NCBI GenBank assembly: GCA_046290225.1
Contig: JBKAGE010000078.1
Location: 320,001 to 384,000 of the forward strand
Direction of reading: 5' to 3'
From: Bradymonadia bacterium
GTDB taxonomy: Bacteria > Myxococcota_A > Bradymonadia > UBA7976 > UBA1532
Length of the DNA stretch: 64,000 nt
The position numbers were made by a program, and so were the translations under genes. This document shows positions 52,538-64,000 of this stretch, piece after piece; within the stretch, counting starts at the first letter, position 1, and every line of letters starts with the position of its first letter. The notes beneath the pieces were generated by a model. That model did not search any database. It was not told where the DNA came from and was given only the letters and a program-made list of their open reading frames with translations.

Positions 52538-53093
52538 CGGACGACCGCGCTGCGCGCCGTCTGTAGCGGACGGCCGTGCTACGCACCGCCTGTAGCGGAC
52601 GCCTGCCCCGGCTTACGCCGGCGCAAAGCTGTAGCGGACGCCGAGTCTGCCTGCGGCAGCCTGAGCTGTAGCTTTCTAAGAGAGTTGGGTGGGAGTCTTG
52701 GGCTTCTCAACCCAGGTTGGGGCTTACGCCGAAAGTGGTGTGTTAGAGCACCATAAACAAATACCTGCTGCGAACGCTTGTCTGGTGCTCCGATATGAGC
52801 TTCGCTGGTACTCGACGATGCTTTGGCATCGCCTGCGCCCACCGAAGCCCATCTCAAAACACCATCCTGCGCGTTCCCTAACAGTTATTTGTTTATGGTG
52901 CTCTAGGGGCCAGCAGCGTTTGCGGTAGATGAATCCACACACGCCCCCTCAACTGATCTTCAAAAAAGCTACAGGGAATTTGCCGAAGGCAAATGAGCGT
53001 CCGCTACAGCTCTCGCCGAAGGCGAGGCGTCCGCTACAGGCGCAGCGAAGCTGGGCCGTCCGCTACAGACGGCGCGCAGCGCGGTCGTCCGCT
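52536..53093. repeat. Palindromic REP/BIME-like element: 40-bp perfect terminal inverted repeats and opposed arrays of CTGTAGCGGACG with hairpin spacers
   Basis: 52536-52575 is the exact reverse complement of 53054-53093; 12-mer at 52561, 52590, 52629 (+) and 52998, 53028, 53058 (-). Confidence 0.9.
52746..52903. mobile_element. MITE (158 bp, 18-bp TIRs, flanked by TA)
   Basis: TA|GAGCACCATAAACAAATA ... TATTTGTTTATGGTGCTC|TA; AT-rich; too short for a transposase. Confidence 0.75.
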
Positions 53094-54277
53094 CAGTCCC
53101 GCTCCACACAGAGCGCGATGCCCATGCCACCGCCGATGCACAGCGTGGCGAGGCCCTTCTTGGCGTCGCGACGGATCATCTCGTGCAGGAGCGTCACCAG
53201 CACCCGGCAGCCGCTGGCGCCGATGGGGTGACCCAGGGCGATGGCCCCGCCGTTCACGTTCACGATGGCCGGATCCCAGCCCATCTCCTTGTTCACCGCA
53301 CACGCCTGGGCCGCGAAGGCCTCGTTCGCCTCGACGAGATCGAGATCAGCCACGGCCCAGCCAGCCTTCTCGAGGGCCTTCCGGGATGCGGGGATCGGGC
53401 CAGTGCCCATGACTGAAGGATCAACACCGGCGGTGGCCCAGGAGACAATGCGGGCGATGGGCTTGAGGCCTTTCTCCTCGGCGAAGCCTGCGCTGGCCAC
53501 CACCACAGCGGCAGCGCCGTCGTTGATGCCGCTGGCGTTGGCCGCCGTCACCGATCCGTCCTTCTTGAAGGCCGGGCGCAGCCGGCCCACGGAGGCCAAG
53601 GTGGTCCCCGCCCGGGGATGCTCGTCGGTGTCCACCACGATGTCGCCCTTGCGGCCCTTCACCGTGTAGGGGGCGATCTCCGCTTCGAACCGGCCCTCAG
53701 CCATGGCGACCTCGGCCTTGTTCTGAGAGGCCACCGCAAACTCGTCCTGCAGCTCGCGGGTGATCTCGAACTGCTCGGCGACGTTCTCTGCGGTGATGCC
53801 CATGTGATAGTCGTTGAAGGCATCCCAGAGGCCATCGGTGATCATCGTGTCAGCGAGGGTGCCATTCCCCATGCGCAGGCCCGTCCGCAGAAGCGCAGCA
53901 TGTTGCGCCATGCTCATGTTCTCCTGGCCCCCCGCCACGACGACCTGCGCGTCACCGAGACGCACGGACTGAGAGGCCAACGCCACCGCCCGCAGACCCG
54001 AGCCGCACACCTGGTTGAGGGTGTAGGCGGTGCGCTCTTTGGGCACCCCAGCGCTCACAGCAGCCTGGCGCGCAGGGTTCTGGCCCTGGCCCGCCGTGAG
54101 CACCTGACCCATGACCACCTCATCCACCGCATCGGTGCTCACCTCGGCACGCTGCAGCGCGGCGCCGATGACGTGGGCGCCGAGGGCGTGGGCCGGCACC
54201 CCGCTGAGGCCCTTGCCAAAGGCCCCGATGGGGGTACGCACCGCACTGAGGATCACCGGCTGGTTGGGGTTGGTCAT
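53093..54277 (-). CDS. phaA: Acetyl-CoA C-acetyltransferase (thiolase)
   Basis: [57 protein letters not shown]. Confidence 0.96.
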   Translation of the reverse strand: MTNPNQPVILSAVRTPIGAFGKGLSGVPAHALGAHVIGAALQRAEVSTDAVDEVVMGQVLTAGQGQNPARQAAVSAGVPKERTAYTLNQVCGSGLRAVALASQSVRLGDAQVVVAGGQENMSMAQHAALLRTGLRMGNGTLADTMITDGLWDAFNDYHMGITAENVAEQFEITRELQDEFAVASQNKAEVAMAEGRFEAEIAPYTVKGRKGDIVVDTDEHPRAGTTLASVGRLRPAFKKDGSVTAANASGINDGAAAVVVASAGFAEEKGLKPIARIVSWATAGVDPSVMGTGPIPASRKALEKAGWAVADLDLVEANEAFAAQACAVNKEMGWDPAIVNVNGGAIALGHPIGASGCRVLVTLLHEMIRRDAKKGLATLCIGGGMGIALCVERD

Positions 54278-54551
54278 ATCGCTCGCTCCTGTGGATGGGT
54301 GGATGATCTCCACCGGGTTTTGTGGAGCGATTGTACTCAAACCTTGGTGCGCCGCAACACAAACCACAGGCCCCATCACACCAGTTCACGCAGCGTGCAC
54401 CACACCCGCCAGACAGCAGATTACACCATCAGTTTTGATGACTTGCAGAGTCAGATTGTCTTGAGGACAGACTCCGCGGACACTGAGATGATTCCCGCTT
54501 CGTCTCATAAACCACTTGTGCACCGCACCATACACACCCTCAGGAGGTGTC

Positions 54552-55655
54552 TTGAAACGGCTCGTCTTCTTCGGGGTCTTTCTGGCGCTCGTCGCCTACC
54601 TCGCCTTCTGGCCTGTCTCTGTCGATCCGGTCAGCTGGTCCCCTGCCCCCAACCCCGGGTACTCCGGTCCCTTCGAAGCCAATGACGGGCTCGCTGGCCT
54701 GGAGCGGTTGCCCATCGCCGGGCTGCACGGTCCAGAGGACATCGCCATCGACCGAGAGGGGCGGGTCTACATCAGCACCGAGGACGGCACCATCCTCCGG
54801 GCGAAGCCTGATGGCACCGATGCTGCCCCCTGGGTGAGCACAGGCGGACGCCCTTTGGGGATCGAGATCGCCCCCGGCGGGCCCCTCGAGGGTCACCTCT
54901 TCGTTGCGGATGCCTATAAGGGTCTGCTCAGCATCAGCCCTGATGGCACGATCACCACCCGGGCCACCGAAGCCGGTGATCTGCCAATCCTCTACGCGGA
55001 CGACCTCGACATTACCCGTGAGGGGCATGTCTATTTCTCCGACGCCTCGACGAAGTTCGGCGCCATGGCCAACGGTGGCACCCTCGCCGCAAGCAAACTC
55101 GACATCCTCGAGCACGGCGGTCACGGGCGCCTCCTGCTGTGGCGCCCGGGCGACTCCACCGCAGAGGTGAGGCTCACGGGTCTACAGTTCGCCAATGGTG
55201 TGGCCATCAACCATGACGAGAGCGCGGTCCTGGTGAACGAGACCGGCAGCTACCAGGTGGTGCGTCATCTCATCGCCGGGCCAGCTGAGCAGAGCACTGT
55301 GGTGCTCACCGATCTGCCGTGTTTCCCAGACAACATTTCCAGAGGCAGCGCGGGTCAGTTCTGGCTTGGCTGCGCCTCACCTCGGCGCTGGATCCTCGAC
55401 GCCACGTCTCAGTGGCCCCGCGTCAGGGCATCCTTCATGCGGTTGCCGGCCTTCATGCGGCCCAAGCCCGGGCGTCGAGGTCACGTCATGCGCTTCGACG
55501 AGACGGGGCGCATCAGCGCTGACTTGCAGGATGTTTCGGGTGGGTACGCCCTCACCACGGGGTTGGTGGAGGGCCGGGGGTACTGGTTCGTCACCAGCCT
55601 CACCGAAGATGCCCTCGGCAGACTGGCACCCCAAGGCGGGCCAGGGGCGCAGTAG
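54552..55655 (+). CDS. Strictosidine synthase-like / SMP-30 beta-propeller protein
   Basis: AGGAGG before TTG; N-terminal TM; GPED, GGRPLG, ADAYKGL, YFSDAS, FANGV, FPDNI. Confidence 0.92.
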   Translation: MKRLVFFGVFLALVAYLAFWPVSVDPVSWSPAPNPGYSGPFEANDGLAGLERLPIAGLHGPEDIAIDREGRVYISTEDGTILRAKPDGTDAAPWVSTGGRPLGIEIAPGGPLEGHLFVADAYKGLLSISPDGTITTRATEAGDLPILYADDLDITREGHVYFSDASTKFGAMANGGTLAASKLDILEHGGHGRLLLWRPGDSTAEVRLTGLQFANGVAINHDESAVLVNETGSYQVVRHLIAGPAEQSTVVLTDLPCFPDNISRGSAGQFWLGCASPRRWILDATSQWPRVRASFMRLPAFMRPKPGRRGHVMRFDETGRISADLQDVSGGYALTTGLVEGRGYWFVTSLTEDALGRLAPQGGPGAQ

Positions 55656-55669
55656 CGCCCCCGGAGGCC

Positions 55670-61639
<5,970 letters not shown>

Positions 61640-61747
61640 CGTGGTGACTCCCTCTGCTCGAGCCTGCAACTGGCCCGTCGGAGGGAAAGTCGGTGGATCT
61701 ACCTAGGCTGATGATGGCTCATTCTGGGTCGACCCACTGGTGGGTGC

Positions 61748-62449
61748 CTACGGACCCAGGGAGACGTCGATGTGATTCTGGGGCGGCTCCGCTCGCTCGA
61801 ACCCGTGAGACAAGCCGAGGACCTCACACCACTCAGCGTGCCAGCACTTCAACAGATCAAATGCGTTGAGCTGCGTGTTGATCTCATCAACACACGAGGC
61901 GGCGTCGAGGGCTTCATCGTCTTTGAGCACACGATGAGTCCAGCGCATGCGGCTCTGAGTGAAGCCCCGGCGTCTCAGGGCAAAGGACAGTGCCTCCACC
62001 CCTGGTCCCCCACTGTGCAGCAAACACATCAGTCGCTCGAGGGCCAGCATGACCGATGGTGGACCCAGGGTGGGCCCCTGGAACACCTGCTCCACGAGGC
62101 TTGCGGACTCCGCAGGTAAATGCGCTCGAATCGCATCACACACGAGTGGGCGCCAGTACGCCTCATAGCGGCGCACGCACCCTCGCCGAATCAGGCGTCG
62201 CCGCGTCTCTGGAGACACCGGCAGCTGATGCTCGAAGGGCCGGGCCACGCCAGCGGCCCGCAACCAGAGACCCCATCCTTGTTGATGCTCCACCCGGTCG
62301 TACCCCATGCGGACCGCATGAAGCGACAACGGAGGCGCGACCACAGCCATGAGGAAGCGGTACACACGCTCCAGGCAGGCCCCCTCCTCAGGGGTGAGGG
62401 GTGCCCAGAAGTCAGCGGTGGTGGGGGATGCGGGAATCTCGATCAGCAT
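61748..62449 (-). CDS. Hypothetical protein
   Basis: GGAGG RBS before ATG; helical; RV.RFL...GY...H..GW and W..EW motifs; no function recognised. Confidence 0.6.
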   Translation of the reverse strand: MLIEIPASPTTADFWAPLTPEEGACLERVYRFLMAVVAPPLSLHAVRMGYDRVEHQQGWGLWLRAAGVARPFEHQLPVSPETRRRLIRRGCVRRYEAYWRPLVCDAIRAHLPAESASLVEQVFQGPTLGPPSVMLALERLMCLLHSGGPGVEALSFALRRRGFTQSRMRWTHRVLKDDEALDAASCVDEINTQLNAFDLLKCWHAEWCEVLGLSHGFERAEPPQNHIDVSLGP

Positions 62450-62529
62450 GACGCCTCCAAGTGCGTGGTCTGATCTCCTCTACGCCCCGAGGCACTCAGG
62501 GCTTCCCGTAAAATGTGAAGCGTCGGATC

Positions 62530-63999
62530 TCAGCGCGTGGACAGCGAAAGTGTGTAGGGTGCCTGGGCGCCTTGATAGCCCAGTACCACGATGGTGCCGG
62601 GGCCCGAATGGCTGAATGACTCACCATCTGTCAGTGAATCCGATCCCACTGGGCGACCATCGGCGCCAAAGACCGGCTGGTTGCTGTTCTGATCCCACAA
62701 ATACACGTCGAGATCACCCTGAGCGTGGCTGAAGTCGACGCTCACCGTCCACTGACCCCCATGGTTGATGCGATAGAAGTCCGGGGCGTTGTTGCACACG
62801 CCACCGGAGATCTGCCCTGCGCCGAGCACCCCCGCCTGTCCCGCGCTGTCGTTGGGCTCCGAGGCTTCTTCCTCGCAGTTGCCCCCGAGACCGCCTCCAG
62901 GGGGAGGATCCTGGGGCGAAGGCCCGGGGTTGGGATCAATGCCGAGGCGCTGAGACTCCTCTCGGGCGATCTGGGCGTAGTCCAGAGGTACGTTGCTGTT
63001 GCGCATATCGTGGATGATGCGCATGTCCGACCGACGGACGACAAAGGCTGTGGGGAACACACGGGTGATGGGGGCGTTGTGCAGCGTCATGGGCGAGGGT
63101 CGAGTCTCCCCGTCACCGATGCGCAACCCCGGGGCGCCAGAGGCGTACCGGGACAAGATCCGGTTGGCGTCTGCAGAAGAGGCCGGGTTGTAGCTCGAAG
63201 TCTGAGTCTCCACCCACAAGAGCAGGCCACCAGCAGAGTCGATGTTCTGGGCAGTGGGGGCCAGCTGCTGAATGTACGACGAGCATGCTGGGCACCACTC
63301 GGCGCCGATGATCACGACAGCGATGGAGTAGCGCTCGTACGCCGGATCGCAGTGGAACATCTCCAGATCGAAGGGGATCGACTGCCCATTGCCGGTGTAG
63401 GCCGAGCCCCAGGCGAGCTCGGGCATGATCTGGTTGAGTGAGATCTGCCCTGCCCCATGGGGGTACTCACAAGGTGCCGCAGGGGGATCAGGCTCCGGGC
63501 TCAAAGGATCCTCCTGTGGGGGCGGATCGTTCTGGGGCGGCGGATCGTTTTGCTGGGGCGGATCTCGCTCTGGGGGTGGCGCGTCGGGCCAGGGCTCAGG
63601 CTCGGGATCGTTCTGTGGTGGGTCCTCAGCCCAGGGATCATCTTCCTCAGGCCAGGGATCTTCTTCAGGATCAGGGGCAGGATCCTCGGCCCAGGGATCA
63701 TCCTCGGGCTCCGGCTCCGGCGTCGGCGGATCACCAGGCTGCTGCTCCTCGGGCGCGCCTTGCTGTGGTGGAGGTGGTCCATTGGGGTTCGGGCTCTGCT
63801 CCTGCTCTTCGGGCTCGGCGATGGGGGGCGGCACGGAGCCACCGCCAGCAGGCGGTGGCTTGGCCCCAGGTGGCGGCTTGACGAAGGGGGTGTCGTCTCC
63901 CCCACTCTCGGCGTTCAGGTTGCCGAAATCACACCACCCGAACTCACTGCCAGGTACGGGGTGACACAAGAGCGAGCTGCACTCTGCAGGTGAGATGCA
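62530..63999 (-). CDS. Secreted protein with Pro/acidic linker, thioredoxin-like domain and C-terminal PPC domain; 5'-truncated
   Basis: Frame open to window end; DPW/PPQ repeats; GAEWCPAC; EPNDS..A, DFYRI, GDLDVYLWD, YTLS. Confidence 0.8.
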   Translation of the reverse strand, partial: CISPAECSSLLCHPVPGSEFGWCDFGNLNAESGGDDTPFVKPPPGAKPPPAGGGSVPPPIAEPEEQEQSPNPNGPPPPQQGAPEEQQPGDPPTPEPEPEDDPWAEDPAPDPEEDPWPEEDDPWAEDPPQNDPEPEPWPDAPPPERDPPQQNDPPPQNDPPPQEDPLSPEPDPPAAPCEYPHGAGQISLNQIMPELAWGSAYTGNGQSIPFDLEMFHCDPAYERYSIAVVIIGAEWCPACSSYIQQLAPTAQNIDSAGGLLLWVETQTSSYNPASSADANRILSRYASGAPGLRIGDGETRPSPMTLHNAPITRVFPTAFVVRRSDMRIIHDMRNSNVPLDYAQIAREESQRLGIDPNPGPSPQDPPPGGGLGGNCEEEASEPNDSAGQAGVLGAGQISGGVCNNAPDFYRINHGGQWTVSVDFSHAQGDLDVYLWDQNSNQPVFGADGRPVGSDSLTDGESFSHSGPGTIVVLGYQGAQAPYTLSLSTR

Positions 64000-64000
64000 C

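Noticed and set aside
52561..53069. CTGTAGCGGACG repeats with variable spacers as a CRISPR array
   Set aside because: Repeat is only 12 bp, spacers are 17-27 bp and self-complementary, the two halves are inverted, and no cas genes are present.
52579..53303. Short ORFs across the palindromic element as transposase remnants
   Set aside because: No DDE or HUH motifs; the translations simply reflect the repeats.

Overview
GC-rich bacterial DNA, most consistent with Myxococcota or a close relative (MYXO-CTERM protein, AgmX/GltG-like protein, many Cys-rich lipoproteins with GAGG linkers). It holds about 55 CDSs, mostly housekeeping or envelope genes (RhlE-like helicase, rpsN, hutF, gloA, ttcA, thiolase, MoxR/VWA, cidA/lrgB, a two-component system, a cytochrome c/DUF1501/SpoIID operon, a 1989-aa thrombospondin-repeat surface protein). 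No rRNA, tRNA, CRISPR array or transposase was recognised. Two regions stand out. (1) 40.3-50.2 kb: a tightly coupled operon encoding a small CPYC lipoprotein, an exported caspase-family protease, a membrane anti-sigma factor, an ECF sigma factor and two exported TPR-CHAT proteases. It looks like a CRISPR-free, extracytoplasmic CHAT/caspase proteolytic signalling cascade, and two of its genes apparently start at CTG codons overlapping the upstream stop. (2) 52.5-53.1 kb: a 558-bp intergenic element with perfect 40-bp terminal inverted repeats and two opposed arrays of a 12-bp GTAG-containing repeat, in which every spacer is a different hairpin closed by a cGNAg-type loop; a 158-bp TA-flanked MITE sits in its centre. 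Other points: a presenilin/SPP-like GxGD protease, a catalytically degenerate SDR and an orphan zinc-free S14. All product calls come from motif recognition by eye; no database searches were run.
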